Positions 51,601 through 64,000 are shown, numbered from the stretch's first letter. The stretch: 64,000 nucleotides of DNA from Chrysochromulina tobinii (GCA_001275005.1 JWZX01003364.1:1-64000); one strand, 5' to 3'. Notes: generated from the letters alone by a model not told the origin. Program-made: numbers and translations.

Positions 51601-53474
51601 ATGCTCCTACCGCCGCTGCCGCCGCCGCCGCCGCCGCCGCCGCCGCGGGCGCCACGCGTGGTCGCAGCAACACTCACGGCCGCCGGCCGGATACGCAGCC
51701 GCGCCGGACGCAAGCGCACCGGCGGCACCGATTGTGCGGCAAGGAGGCGGGAGAGGTGCACGGCAAACTCGGCAGCGTTGCGAGCAATCGGAGCGCTCAG
51801 GAGCCGGAAGGTGACGTCCACGGCTGGCGCGGTCACTGCCGCGGCCGCCGCGGCCGCCATCCGCCGGCGCACCAGCATGGCGCGTCCCTCGGCTTGGAGC
51901 ACAACGGCCGCGCGCCCTTGACGCTCATGCGCGTCCCAAACCGCCGCGGCGATCTCGGCGATGATCTCGGCGCTGATCTCGGCGTATAGCTCGATGGCTG
52001 CCTCCTGCGTGCGACGGTGCGCCTCTGCTTGCGCCGCCCGGCGCGCACGCGCCCGCCGCCGCCCCGCCATGCCGCGCGCACCAGCCTGGAGCGCCACAGC
52101 CGCTGCCCGGTACCCTCGCGCTCGCAAGACGAGCATTCGGAGGAGCTGCCGCTGCTCGCGCAGCTCGCGCAGCGACACGCGCAAGGTGTCGGCCGCATGC
52201 ACGCGCGACCGCTCCTCAGCAAGCCGTCTCTTGAACGCCTGCCGCTGGCGGTACGAGCGGTAGCGCGCTTGAATGTAGCTCGTAGCGTACGCGAGGCGCC
52301 AGCCGATGCGGCTGAACTGAGCGCGGATGAAGGCCATCTCGCCCAAGCTCTCGAAGAAGCGACGGATGATATCGGCGGCAAATCGCGCCTCGATCCGCTG
52401 CGCACGCGCCAAGGTCGCCAGCGTGCGCTTCCGACGCCGCACCGCCCATCGGACCAGCACGCCACGCGCCCTTCGCCGGATGTCGACAAGCTGCACCGCG
52501 ACGGCTCGTCGGTGCGCCGACTGGATGGTGACGGCGCTCACGCCCACCTTGTGCGCCGCGCCTTTTAGGCGTGCCAAGCCCTTCGCCATCGTCGCCGTCG
52601 CCCGAAGGAAGGTGATGAGCACCGCCGCCGCCGCTGCTGCCGACCGGCGACGGCGGTCTACCAGCTGACGGGCGAGGCGGCCCCGTGCCACGGTAGAGAT
52701 GAGGACGCACGCCCGCCGCCGCGCCGCCAGCACTCGGTGCACGGCTTGCCGGGCTCGCCAGCCGCGCGCCGCCGCCGCGATCAACGTCGCCGCCTGCGCT
52801 CGCTCATCGGCCTTGCGCCGCACGCGAGCGATGGCGTCGAGCACACCTTGGGACGCGGCGGCAGGAGGATCCGCGGGCGCCGACGCCGCTGCCTTGCCGC
52901 CTCGCCCGCGACCTGCAGTTGCCGGCGCCGGCGCCGCCCTTCCGCCCTGCCTGGCATCCAGTTTGCCGCCGCCGCGACCGCCCCGGACACCCTCAGCCGC
53001 GGGCTTGCCCTTCCCGCCGGCATGCGGGATTGCCGGAGGCTGCAGCAATGGCTCTGGTTCGCCCGTGCGCACGTGCCGTACGACCGCGTCCAGCTCCTCG
53101 AGCGCTGCGCTCTGCAGTCTCTTGAGCTCCCGCGCCGCCTCGTGCTCGTTGAGCCGCACGGCCTCCGAGAGCAGACGCTGGTGCTCGCGGCAGCGAGCGA
53201 CTCCTGCCTGGAAGCGCTCGTCGAGATCCTCGCAGCGGCCGGCGAGCTGGGCGTCCTGGCGCGCCACCGAATCGCGTAGTAGCGCGGCAAAGGCGTTCAG
53301 CCTGCCATCCAAAGCGGTGTGCATCACCGGAGCCGCGACCTCAGCGGCGGCTGGCCTGGCTGGCGTAGCAGCTGCAGTCGACGTCGCCGCCGGAGCCGCT
53401 CTGGTTGCTGGAGTTGGCGCAGCCGCTGGAGCCGGTCTGGACGGCTTGGCCGCCACCCTGGCTTTGGGCGGCAT
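47085..53474 (-). CDS. Large IQ-motif and coiled-coil protein with a degenerate kinesin motor domain
   Basis: Multiple IQ-like motifs (YIQARYRSYRQR, ALQAGARGMAGR, VLQAEGRAMLVR). Kinesin-fold remnants YATLAQPMVRAALRGVSG, ECSAFQV..VVDLL, AQLTLWDV and STTLTRLLWRAVAGDCLT...ATLETARLVASARQL. Confidence 0.7.
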
Positions 53475-53730
53475 TGGGCCGCGAACAACGCGGGGCGGTT
53501 TCGCGAAAGTTGTGCTTCTTGAAAAGTACTGTAGGGAAACCGCAGAACACGCATTTCTGGAACGAAGTGCGCTCAATGCAGCGCTCCGGCACACTTTTCT
53601 CCACCATGGGGTCGACTGCCACGAGGGGTTGACCTTCGGCCTCGTCGTGTGGCGGCGACGCTCGCTCGAATTCGAGCTCGTTGTGACCGTTGTGCTTCGT
53701 CGCGCGCGTGATTCCTGTGCCCCAGGCAGC

Positions 53731-54947
53731 ATGTACTGGCTGCCTGTTCTACATCAGCCAGCCAACGACTGCAGCCCGCTGATCGCACCTCTTCTACGAG
53801 CAGACCCGTTGCACACGGAGCACCTTCATGATGTGCTCGACAGCCTCCGCGGCAGCCTAGCGCTCCCGCTGACGGCCGAGCTCCTTGCACTGCTGCAGGC
53901 ATCCTGTGCCGCCCTCTCTGCGGTTGACCAAGACTTGGCAGCCGAAGCGGCGGAACAAGCCGGTCTGACTCCGACCATCGTCGTGCCGCTGCTGCGGAGG
54001 GCCTGCAGCGCCGACTCTGACACGGAGCTGCGGGACCGCATCGTGGAGCTGGCTGGGGTGCTGACAGCCTCGCTCGCCTCGCACGGCGAGCACACGATGC
54101 GTGTTGGCGTCGGGTCGCTACCTCCGCTGTCTCTCCTGTGCCAGCCTAATGGGCGGCAGACTGGCACGCGACTCTGGCCAGCGGCGCGGCTGGCTATCGG
54201 GGCGCTCGCAGCGGGTTGGGGTGGGCTCAGTGTCAAAGGCCAGAATGTCCTCGAGTGCGTGCGGATGCGAGCCAGACCCGCGTAGCTCGGTCCTTGCGTG
54301 GCGATCCCGGCGCGACCAAGACGCGCGCTTGCGAGCTGCACCCCATCCCTCTTGCCTCCTCCCTCGTGCGCAGGCTTGGCTGTGGCTCAGGGGCGGCTGG
54401 GCTCGCCGCGGCGCTACTTGGGGCACGCTCGACGTGGCTCACTGACATTGATGTGCACGCCCTTGAGCTCGCCCAGCGAAACGCCGTGCACAATGGATTG
54501 GGCAGTGCGGCGGTGGCGTTCGCAGAACTCGACTTTATCGCGCCCGCGTCCGATTCGACGCCGCCACCCGCGATGCCGCTGAGCTTCGGCGTCGTCATCT
54601 GCGCGGACGTGCTGTACTCGAATGTGGAAGGCGCGTGGATCGAGATACTGGCGGCGGTCTCGCGTTTTGTCGACAAGGACGACCGTGACGCGCGGGTGCT
54701 CTGCACGTTCGGTCGCGACCAGAATCGGTCCGAGACCGCGAAGAGATCAGTCGAGCAGTTTGAGATGGCGTTCAGCGCCCATGGAGGCGCGGCCCATGGC
54801 GCAGGCCTGAGGCTAGTCGCCAGGGAAGCCGTCATCGAGGTGGGGCACGACGAGCCGGCGCTCATTATGCTGCTACTCGCGCCCGATTCGTTGCGGAATT
54901 TGGGCCCTGACCCACTGTCGATGATACAAAAGAACGCGGGTGACTGA
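53731..54947 (+). CDS. Seven-beta-strand lysine methyltransferase (METTL21/Methyltransf_16 family); intron ~54256-54373
   Basis: TGTRLWPAA...VKGQNVLE|LGCGSGAAGL...LTDID...CADVLY. Confidence 0.85.
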
Positions 54948-55342
54948 CTCGTGTGAAAAAATGGTTGCGGGTCGCCGGGTTGCGGGTACGAATTTAAGGA
55001 CGATCGTCGTACGGCGTAGCCCGGCGGGTACGGAGGAGCGGAGCCTGCGCGCGGCGAGCGGCTTGCCGCCGTACGCAAGACGCACCGTCGCTAGTCCGCG
55101 CCTACGTTGAACGTTCCGCGCCCGCGATGTGCAAACAAATTCACGTCAAACGCGCGAGCACGCCACACATGAATGGAGGCGGCTAGGCCGCGCCGCACAG
55201 CGAAGCCTAAGGCCATCCGTATCATAGGAGCGAGACGTAGGAGGTGTAACCCATGATGCCTGGCAGAGGAGAGCTGGGGGGATGGAGTTGTCCGTGCGCT
55301 TCGCAAGATTGGAGATGAAGGCGATGCCCGATAGGCAACATG

Positions 55343-56080
55343 TCACAGACGGCTCTCAGCACTCACAAAGGCAGGTGGAGGGGCGTGAGGAACCCGCGTG
55401 AGAGGCACAGCCCACACAGCCCACCGCCAAGGCCTCGCGGGCGCTTGGCCGACCTCTGCCATAGCGGCGGCGGGCAGCTCCTCCGCCATGTCCTCTGCGA
55501 TCAGGACTTCTTGCTTGCAGAGCGGACAGCTCGGAGCGCCAGATTGCCGACGCTCTCGGCCGATGAGCCACCGGTCGATGCACGCGGCATGAAACTTGTG
55601 GGAGCATGGGAGCTCGCGCAACTGGTCGCCAGCTGCGAAGGTGCAGAGGCACACCGGGCACTCGTTCTCACCACTGGCTGCAGCCTCCGGAGGTGCGCTA
55701 TCGGTCGCTGCGGCTTGCCTACGGTCCCCCCCGTGCCTAGGCGGCGGGGCACTCTGGGGGCCAGGAGCATAGGTGCACGCGGGAAGCTGGCGCATGATTG
55801 CAAGCTCAATCGAGCGAAAGCGCTCTGCCTCCTTGTTCATGAGCTGCCGCTGCTGCCTCGCAGCACGCCGGCGTTGCTCGATCACCATGGCGCACCAAAA
55901 GAGGAGGGGGACGAGGAATAGAACCCAAAAGGCGACCGTCATATACTGTATGGCCAGCCCATTGGGGTTTGGCACCTCTGACGGGCAGGCGGCGTTGAAG
56001 TTGAGTGTAGCACCCATTGTGCTATTTGTGCGATTGGTGTCGCACAAGGTGACCGTCGCGGTTCTGGTTGTTGCGGACAT
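55343..56080 (-). CDS. Transmembrane RING-H2 E3 ligase (ATL/RNF-like); 5' end uncertain
   Basis: TM helix followed by CPVCLCTF...LPCSHKFHAACIDRWL...CPLCK. Confidence 0.85.
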   Translation of the reverse strand: MSATTRTATVTLCDTNRTNSTMGATLNFNAACPSEVPNPNGLAIQYMTVAFWVLFLVPLLFWCAMVIEQRRRAARQQRQLMNKEAERFRSIELAIMRQLPACTYAPGPQSAPPPRHGGDRRQAAATDSAPPEAAASGENECPVCLCTFAAGDQLRELPCSHKFHAACIDRWLIGRERRQSGAPSCPLCKQEVLIAEDMAEELPAAAMAEVGQAPARPWRWAVWAVPLTRVPHAPPPAFVSAESRL

Positions 56081-56696
56081 TGTAATCGATATTTTTATTG
56101 GCGGCGACGACGGCAGCGCCGAGTGCCTACCTGTACGGTTTGGTGCCGACGGCTGCCAGGTTTCACTCTCCGGAGGCGGCCTTCGGAGTCAACAGTGGCC
56201 GTGAACCACCGTGTGAAGAGACAGCCGACGGAGCCCAGTTCCGTAAAAAGACAGCCGACGGAGCCAGAGGGGGATGGGCGGTCCCCGGCCGTTTGGGATA
56301 TGGGCATATGGGGTACCATGGGGATACATATCGGGAGATCTGCTGCTCAGGTTTCGAGGCGACGAGGCTCCTTGCGATGGGTATTTATTGTTTCTGACAC
56401 CCTCGCCTGGACACGGACATGCAAGAACAAGTTATACCTACAGATTCTCCAGAGCCATAGGGATCACCATGTGGTACCCTTGGGATGTACAGGGCATGCA
56501 TCAGTCCATCACAATCATCCCCTTTCATTAGCGCGGTTAGACCCACCATTGAATCTGCACGGCTCCCGCCACGAATGCTGGGGGGCCTCGGCGGCATGAC
56601 ACATGCGCGCGAGTTCTCTCTCAGCAGCCTGACGTCCTGCAGCAGGCCTTCCTCCCCACCGTCGTACCCCATCGCCTTCGGCCGCGCGTAGGGCAG

Positions 56697-56915
56697 CCGA
56701 TCCCTGAGCACCCCGATCGCCCCCGATCGTCGCTCCGAGCCCTGCCGATCCCCGAGCGCCCCCGATCGCCCCCGATCGTCGCTCCGAGCCCTGCCGATCC
56801 CCGAGCGCCCCCGATCGCCCCCGATCGTCGCTCCGAGCCCCCGAGCCCTGCCGATCCCCGAGCGCCCCCACAGGTCGAGCACCCCGCCCGAGCCCGCCTG
56901 AGCCTGCCGATCCCC
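56697..56915. repeat. ~49-bp tandem repeat (CCGATCCCCGAGCGCCCCCGATCG...) x3-4
   Basis: Directly visible tandem units. Confidence 0.8.
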
Positions 56916-57047
56916 TAGCGCGCCGTCAGTCGTCGTCGGCGCCTCGTATCAGTACACGAGGTGCGCGGGGCGCGCGCACGCGCAGCTCGAACATCATCGC
57001 ATCCCACTTCCCATTTGTCTTCCGGCCCATTCCGCCGTGGCCCTCAC

Positions 57048-59733
57048 TCACAGGACGATCATTGACATTCCAGCGTAGACGGCGCATTCCAGAATCGTCA
57101 GGCCAAGACCCACCTTTGTGTAGTCGGCGAACGCGTAGCCGCCACGCTTGTACACCATCAGATTCGTTTGGTACCCGATGGGCGTGATGTAGTCGGTCGA
57201 GGCGCCAAGCATCATGCAGCACATCATCGCCTCCATCGAGATGCCTGGCACTTTCATCGTACGCAGGATCGCGTAGATAGTGATGACGGCCGTTGAGTTC
57301 GAGACAATGCTAGTGAGCAAGGACGAGAAGAGAACAATCATGAAGAGGAAGCCAAAGCTGCCAAGGCTGGTCATAGACTGGAGCGCGACGCCGGCGAACT
57401 TGGCGAGGCCCGTGTTGGTGAGCGCCTTGCCGGGGCCGAACGAGCACGCGACGACAAGCAAGACACGGTAGTTGATCGCGCGCCACGCCTGGTCCAGGGT
57501 CATGGCTCCGATGAAGATGAAAGCGGCGCTTATGGCGAGTGCAAGTGGGAACAGGTCAACTATCTCGAAGGCAGAGAGGCAGAGCAAGGTGACCAGCGCG
57601 CTGAGACACGCGGCGATCCTCAACTTCTTGATGACATCTGCCTTCTTGGGCGGCCAGAACGGCCGTCCAGCAGCAGTGGTCTCGGCGGCGGCATCTGTGA
57701 TACGCTTGAGGTGCGCAAATGCGCTCGTCGCCCGGTGTGCCCACACCCAGCTGTTTGGAGCCTCGACGAGCAGCACGGTACCGACAGTCAGCGGCAAGCT
57801 CTGCTGCCGGCTCGAGAAGCCTGTGGAGCCTGGCAAGAGGTGCGCAAGCTGGTCTGATGGTTGTTTCGCCTCACCTTCGGAATAGTATTCGGGTGAGCTT
57901 GCGACGAGAGAGAACTCGCGAATGACGCTCCCGGTGTCACGGTGCCACGTCATCAGAGCTGAGTCGGGATCGGCGAGGGTCGGCTGCACCGCAGACGAGC
58001 CCTCGCGAAGCGCCCAGACATGTGCCCCGCTCAGGGTTTCGGAAGCCAGTGCGTCCGCTAGGCTCAGCCCAACGAGAGGGGAGAGATTCCCGATCGTTGC
58101 CTCAACCAGCACCTTGACGGCACCAGTGTCATCCCGGCGCGTGGGCGCTTCGGGCCGGATGATAAGCCCTTCCACCTTGCGCAGCGCTGGGATGGCCTGC
58201 GCCAGGCATCGTACGAGGAGCCGGTCGCCTTCCTGGATGAGCAGAGTAGGGCTCGTGAGCGGCCCGATAGGGTGGACGTCTTCCAGTGCACGAATGAGCA
58301 CCCTCGGCACGCATGCCGCCTTGCAATCAGGCACGACGAGGGAGCCTAGTTCGGCGGGAGCGGTGCCGAGGAGGAGAGCGCACTTGCGCGTGACGAGTAC
58401 CTCGAGGACGTACCTGAGAAGCGGGCGAGATGCGAGCCAGATGTGAGGGGGAGATGCGGGCGAGGTACGGGCCAGATGCGAGCGAGAGCTGAGAGACTAC
58501 ATACCTGGGCGATCCTCGCGAGCCAAAGCCCGCCGGCTGCAAGCCCGCCGGCTGCACCCCAGACGTCTCGACATCGAGCTTACCATCGAGCGTAGTCGAC
58601 TGTGTCGACTTGCCGTAGCCGTCGGGCCTTGTGCTGTAGAAGGGCCCATAGCGAAACCGCTCCCAAAGCGTCTCGGCCTTCGCACCCGGCGCACGCTTCG
58701 GGCGAAAGTAAATAGGACAGAAAATCGCCATGTAGACGCAGCCTGCGACTGCGCCAGGGTATCCGACAGCGGAGAACTGGAAGAGAGTGAAGGGCTTCAT
58801 GGGCGGGTTTTTGTCGTCCTTGATCAGCCCGTTGAGCACGAGGTTGGTCGACGTGCCGATGAGCGTGCAACAGCCGCCAAGCAGCGCCGCGTACGAGAGA
58901 GGCATGAGGAGGCACTTGACAGACAAGTTGGAGCGAGCGGCCCAATTCTCGCAGACGCCCATGAGCATGGCAACGATGGGCGTGTTGTTGAGGAAGGCGG
59001 AGAGACAGATGACGGGCAACGTCAGCCGGAGTATCGCACTAAAATGGTTGGATGGATTGCCGAGGATGGGCAGAATGACCGCCTCGACTGCCTTTGTCTC
59101 CTCGAGAGCCCTGCACATGACGAGGAGCGATGCGATTGCGAGGATGGAGGTGCTGCAGAAGCCGGACCACGCATCTTTGTCCGCAATGATTTTGGAGAAG
59201 ATGAGGACGATCGTGAAAGCGAGCATCACTAAGTCGGGAGGGGCGTCGTTGGCCATCACGATGAGGGCGTAGAGGTAGAGCGCCAAGACCCAATACGCTT
59301 CGCTCTTGAGGCAGGTGATCTCGGGCGTCCACCTCGTCACTGGCCCGGTGACGTTCCGAAGAGAGGTGACGTTGCCGATGGTGACGTTCCGAAGAGAGGT
59401 GACGTTCCTGACACTGCTGATGTTAGCCGTTTGAATGCAGATATCGCCGTCCATGGCGGAGAAGCCAATGATTATGGCCGAGCCCAAGATTGCGACAAAG
59501 ACGGAGAACTTGACGGTGCACAGGAATTTCACGACATCTCTCACCATGTTGAGGCCATCGGTGAGGGCCCCTGTGAAGGTGAAGTCGACGTCGTCTGACG
59601 GGTCGTGAGAGGTGCGCTCGAGCTTGCTGTCATGATCATCGTCGCCCGTTGAAGACTCGTCGCCCGTTGCAGACATCGTGCTGGACGACTTCTCCTTCAC
59701 AAACGCCCCTTTGTCCAGCGTGACGTCGGCCAT
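57048..59733 (-). CDS. SLC13/SLT-type (SAC1-like) Na+/sulfate-type transporter with RCK-C-like loop; intron ~58415-58504
   Basis: SAFLNNTPIVAML, LLMPLSYAALLGGCCTLIGTSTNLVLNGL, IQEGDRL, VSNSTA and TPIGYQTNLMVYKRGGYAFADYTKVG. Confidence 0.9.
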
Positions 59734-60520
59734 TGCGCTCGTCCTTCCCGCGACCTGGACTGGAGGACTGCGACCTGGACCTCGAGACTGGATTTCGGTT
59801 ACATGTATTGTCCGAAAAAGATCCTAATATGGAGTTCATAGGGCGAGGCTGGGGTACCGGTTTTATCGTCTCGCCTCGGAGTCTGGCCTACTCGGTTGGG
59901 AGGGGGAGCGTGGATGTGGGAACGAATCCTCCAAGGACTCTCAATCACAAAGCACGTTAGCAAAGTGTGCGTTGGCCGTTGCTCGCTCTTGGCTCTCGTG
60001 TCCGTGTGTGCTCCGTGTCTCACACCCATCATCCCCCAAATCATTTTTGTGCGTAAACCTCGAATGTTACGAGTCGCGCGTCGCTCGGACGCCTCCAACG
60101 CAGCCGGGCGGGCGGCGGCGGGCGGTGGACCCGTGGACGCCTGCGGCGCGCGCGCCGCGCGCGCGCGCAGCCGAGTCGGCATCGGTGCGAGGAAGCCTGC
60201 GGCGGCGCACACGCACCCGGCGGGTAGGGGATGATAGCGGGACGGCGGTGGAGAAGACGGCGGCATCGACAGACGCGCCCGATGGCAGGCGCCCCCATCA
60301 GGGCCCGATGGCGGGCGCCCTCTTGACGCCCATGAAACGGCACGGATGATCGCCGATGGCATCGCGCATCATCATGATCCGACGAGCGCTGCATCCGATC
60401 TGTTTGGGATCTGAAACTTTATGAGACTTCGGGATGTCCTCCCGCTGCCGGGCGGGTCACTCTCTCCACTTATAATTATATGCCACCACTCCGACTCCTC
60501 TCTCGTGTTGCGCAGCTGCT

Positions 60521-63500
60521 TCAGACGAAGCACGGGCGCACGTGCACACGCATCCACGCATTGCCGCTCTTCTGGTCAAACTCATGCATCGAGAGCTCCT
60601 TACGCGCAATCGAGCGGGATCGCGCCGTACTGAACTCCTTGGTCTTGTCGGCCGTCGCCGCCGCTGCCGCCGCCGCCGCCGCCTTCGGATCCGCCGCCGC
60701 CGCCGCCTTCGGATCCGCGGGCTTCCAATTCGGATCCGCGGCCCGCATCATGGACTCGAATGCAAACTTGTTCTCCCCCGCAGGCAGCGCGATCGTGTAC
60801 TGCTGCCGGCGCGTATGGTACTCATGGACCGTGCCAAGGGTTTCCTCTCCATTCGAGCGTTGCACGTAGACCTTGGTCCCGTTGGAGAACTTGGGGCCGG
60901 CGATGTTGGAGAGGGGCGCGGGGCGCACGATGAGCATTGTGTTGGGCGGGAAAAGCACCTCGTCCTCGTGTTCAAATTGGGAGAGCATCGAGATGTCCGC
61001 CCCACAATGGTACGCGTCATCACTCGGATCGCTCGCGGCAAGTTCCCACAGCACGTTGAACTCGCCCTGCATGTAGCTAATCGGCGTGCGCTCGTTCCTC
61101 GAGGTGGACATGAAGCCGTTATCCACTGCTGAGATCATGCCGAGACCATCCTTATCCCAAAACGCCGGGGGGAGCTCGCCCCGAACGCCTCGGTAGAGCC
61201 GCTGGACGCCCTGATGATAGAGGTACTCAGAGAGACACTCAGAGAGACACTCAGGGTGACACTCAGAGAGGTTCAGAGGTGCACTCAGGCACAGCTGATC
61301 AAGGACGTGGTGCATGTGCTCACCTTGTCACGTGTCACGTCGGCGAGCTTCCGGATGGCACGGCACAGGTGGCGCGTCGTCGCGGCGAACGTGAGCTCGG
61401 GGTGGCGTGCCATGTGGTGACGAAACTCGCCCGTGAGCTTGCCGATCTCGCGCAGGAAGGCGTTGATTGGCTGGAAGGCGGGTCCGCTGTACAGGCGCAC
61501 CGCGTGGACCTCGTCGAGGGTGAGCAGCGCGTCCCCTTCGCTCAAGAGCAAAAGCTCCGGATCGAAGCCCAGCGCCTTGCTCTCATCATCATGGCGCCGA
61601 AGGATGATCTTCGCGCGCATCTGCTTGATGTGCAGGTTGGCGCGAGCTTTGAAGTCGTTTGGCGTCATGCCATCGTTGTTCTTGTCACGCACGCCCTGAT
61701 GCGCATCCTCCTTCCGCCTGGCGACGCCCGTCACGTACTTCCACAGGGCGGCAAGGTCATGGACCTCCCCACGCCAGTCGGTAAAGCTCTGCTGAGGCCG
61801 ATTGAACTCCTGCTCCATCGTTAAGATTGGGTTCTCGAGGACTGGCAAGATGATGGAGAAGGGAGGGGAGAGAAGGGGGAAGGGAGAGGACGCGATGAGG
61901 GGGGCGGACGCGATGAGGGGGGCGGACGCGATGAGGGGGGCGGACGCGATGAGGGCATTCATCAGGCTCCCCACAGACGCAAAAGCGAGCAGCGGGTAGA
62001 GGGAATGGTAGGGGTTGGGGAACGGGGTACACGCGACGGGGTTCGAGCCGCCGTCCTCGCACTGTCATCGAGACCATTAATGTACGTCTCGCGCGAGCCA
62101 TAGACCAGAGTGTTCACAGCGCCGCTCATCTTACCGGTGAGAAAGGTACGGCCCCCATCGCCCACCTCGGTTGGCCTCTTGAAGGTGCAACTGACGACGA
62201 AAAGGCGACAGTTGGGCTTCACCAGCCCGAGCACGAGCGCCCTTTCCGCCTCCGCCGAATCCCGCCGACAATCTGCACTCGTCTTGGCCTGGGCTCCCGC
62301 CTTGGGCTTCGCCTTACGGTCGGTCTTGGCCGCGCTCACGACCGGGGAGGTCGGGGAGATCGGCATGGACATGCCCTCGACCTCCCATGTGCCCGGCTCC
62401 TCTACCCGCTTCAGTCGGAAGAGAGTGTTCGCGGGCAGCGCGCCGTTGTGCTCGTCGATCATGACGCACTGATGCATCAGCTCCTCCTCATTCTCCGCCC
62501 CTTCAAAGCAGACGATGTCCCCCCCCTCGTTCAGCTGGTAGATGCCCTCGCCGTCCACCGAGGTCGCATTTCGGAAGCCCAGCGTGGTAAACGCCCGAGG
62601 CTCGTCCGTTGCGATGCACAGCGCGGTTGAGGTCAGGCCGCGGAATCCAGTCCGGTCAGGCACATTGAGCCCCGCCCACGCACCGTCTGCCTCCGTGAGC
62701 GAATTCGGGCCGGTCAAGTGCTTGTACAAACGGCGAGGCGCACCGGCCACCGCCGCGGCCTTCCCCTTCAGCTTCGCCGCGTCGTCTAAACGTTGCGCTT
62801 GCTGATTCAGCGCGGTTTGGAAGAGCGCCTCGGCCATCGCATAGTTGCAGCCTGGGAAGCGCACCTCCGTGGTGGAGCGGTCGAGATCCGCACTGAGCCC
62901 CGAGCGGAGGGGAAAGAGGAGCGTGTATGACTCCGCGTGCTCGCGGTGCCACCCTCTAGCCACGAGGCGCTCGATGTTGGCTTGCTGGATCTTCATCTCG
63001 TGCGGCAGGTCGATCTCGTTATTTAGACAGTAATCCGCACCCTCGCTGGTTTGCAGGAAGCTGCGCAGCTCAGTGTGCGTGCCTTCAAAGTGGCGCGGCT
63101 CGCCCTGCTGCTCTCGATCGTTGTCAAGGCAGACGATCGAGAGAGCCTCGTATTCCTCCCGCCAGGGCAGGCGGCCGTCCGCGTCGTTGGCCGGCCGCGG
63201 TCCGATCAGCTCTGCCAGTGTGCGCAGGAAGCCTGCGCGCGTGCTCGCCTTCTTCTCGTCCAAACGGATCGCGTGTGTCTTCAAGGCATGGGAGAAACTG
63301 ATCAAGCTTCCGCCGCGCGGAGGACTAGCCTCTGTTGGAGCGCGGGAGCCGCTGTTGGAGTCATTGGAACGTTGCGAAGGTTGCACAAAATAAGTGGCGA
63401 AGGAATCCCACATGGTGTGGTCGCTCATGAACAGGGCAAGAGCAGTCACTGCAAGCAAGAGCTAAATGTCGTCCACTCGAGTCTGCACAGATCGAATCGA

Positions 63501-64000
63501 AGCGATTTGGGCTTTTACCGTTTTGCGTGAGGATCGAGGTGCAAACTTGAGTTCCGTCAAAACTTTCACGATTCGATCAATGGCGGTCATGCACAGAGGA
63601 GAATAATTCTCGGAAAACATTTCTCTACTTATACTTGCGATACGCAACTCTTCACGAACTGCATTCACGAACGTGCGCCCTGGAGGCGTCCACCTCACAC
63701 GTGCAAAGACGAACTCTCATCACCCGTTACATTTGTTGTGTGAGAAGTTGAAGTTGAAGTTGAAGTTGAAGTTCAAGTTGAAGTTGAAGTTCAAGTTCAA
63801 GTTCAAGACTTGCTTTCGCACGCGAGCGAGATCCCTCTGGCGACGTGGCGACGAGCGCGGGAGGAGCCCCAATGAGGAGCCCGCAAGATCAGCGAGCTGC
63901 TGCGAGCGCAGTCCGCAGAAAGGCAGCAAGAATGACAGCGCTGCCAACACTGTGAGCTCTACCCCAATCCAAAAGGCCGCTCAACCTGCTCGAAACGGCA
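60521..64000 (-). CDS. R-S-E class mono-ADP-ribosyltransferase with an upstream degenerate ART domain; multi-exon, 5' end at or beyond the window end; in-frame TAG at 63462-63464
   Basis: LTLDEVHAVRLYSGPAFQPINAFLR, RLYRGV, GFMSTS and SQFEHEDEVLFPP. Upstream copy RRLYKHL...GLTSTALC...ALPANTLFRL. Introns at ~61211-61323 and ~61842-62063. Confidence 0.8.
63744..63808. repeat. (AAGTT[G/C])n hexamer microsatellite, probably intronic
   Basis: About 10 tandem copies visible. Confidence 0.9.

Noticed and set aside
48046..53279. Long plus-strand ORFs antisense to the IQ-kinesin gene, and similar shadow ORFs elsewhere
   Set aside because: These are expected in high-GC coding DNA, and they are low-complexity Ala/Ser/Arg sequences with no motifs.
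56095..57040. Possible upstream exons of the RING gene or a separate small gene
   Set aside because: No consistent splice model or recognisable domain could be built, and the region is partly tandem repeat.

Overview
GC-rich, gene-dense, intron-containing eukaryotic DNA. Intron motifs, GC donors and gene content suggest a haptophyte alga of the Chrysochromulina/Emiliania type; this is inference only. About 23 protein-coding loci can be recognised. Housekeeping or metabolic genes include ORC1, a PP2C, an arylsulfatase, an SLC13/SLT transporter, a RING-H2 ligase and a METTL21-type methyltransferase. Three mobile-element loci are present: (i) a 5.5-kb foldback-type element with 244-bp TIRs around an orientation-flipping 9-bp satellite, (ii) a truncated DIRS/Ngaro-type RT-RNase H fragment, and (iii) a CryptonF-like tyrosine-recombinase gene (NDC10-II plus GCR1_C). 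The best candidate for an undescribed system is at about 22.0-27.5 kb. There the Crypton-like recombinase converges on a stand-alone phage-type VRR-NUC nuclease gene, the pair is bracketed by a 10-bp direct repeat whose right copy lies in a perfect 9-6-9 inverted-repeat site, and an intronless bacterial-type C5 cytosine methyltransferase is transcribed divergently next to it. Other notable items are introns that appear to be built from a duplicated exon junction plus a shared splice-acceptor cassette, a Skp1-F-box-BspA-LRR fusion, a TIR/HET-like-TPR protein, a Macro-2xMLLE-CCCH protein, a CW-2xAP2-SP-RING protein, a tandem ADP-ribosyltransferase and an IQ-pseudokinesin. All domain calls were made by eye from motifs and no searches were run. 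Several single-base frameshifts may be sequencing errors.
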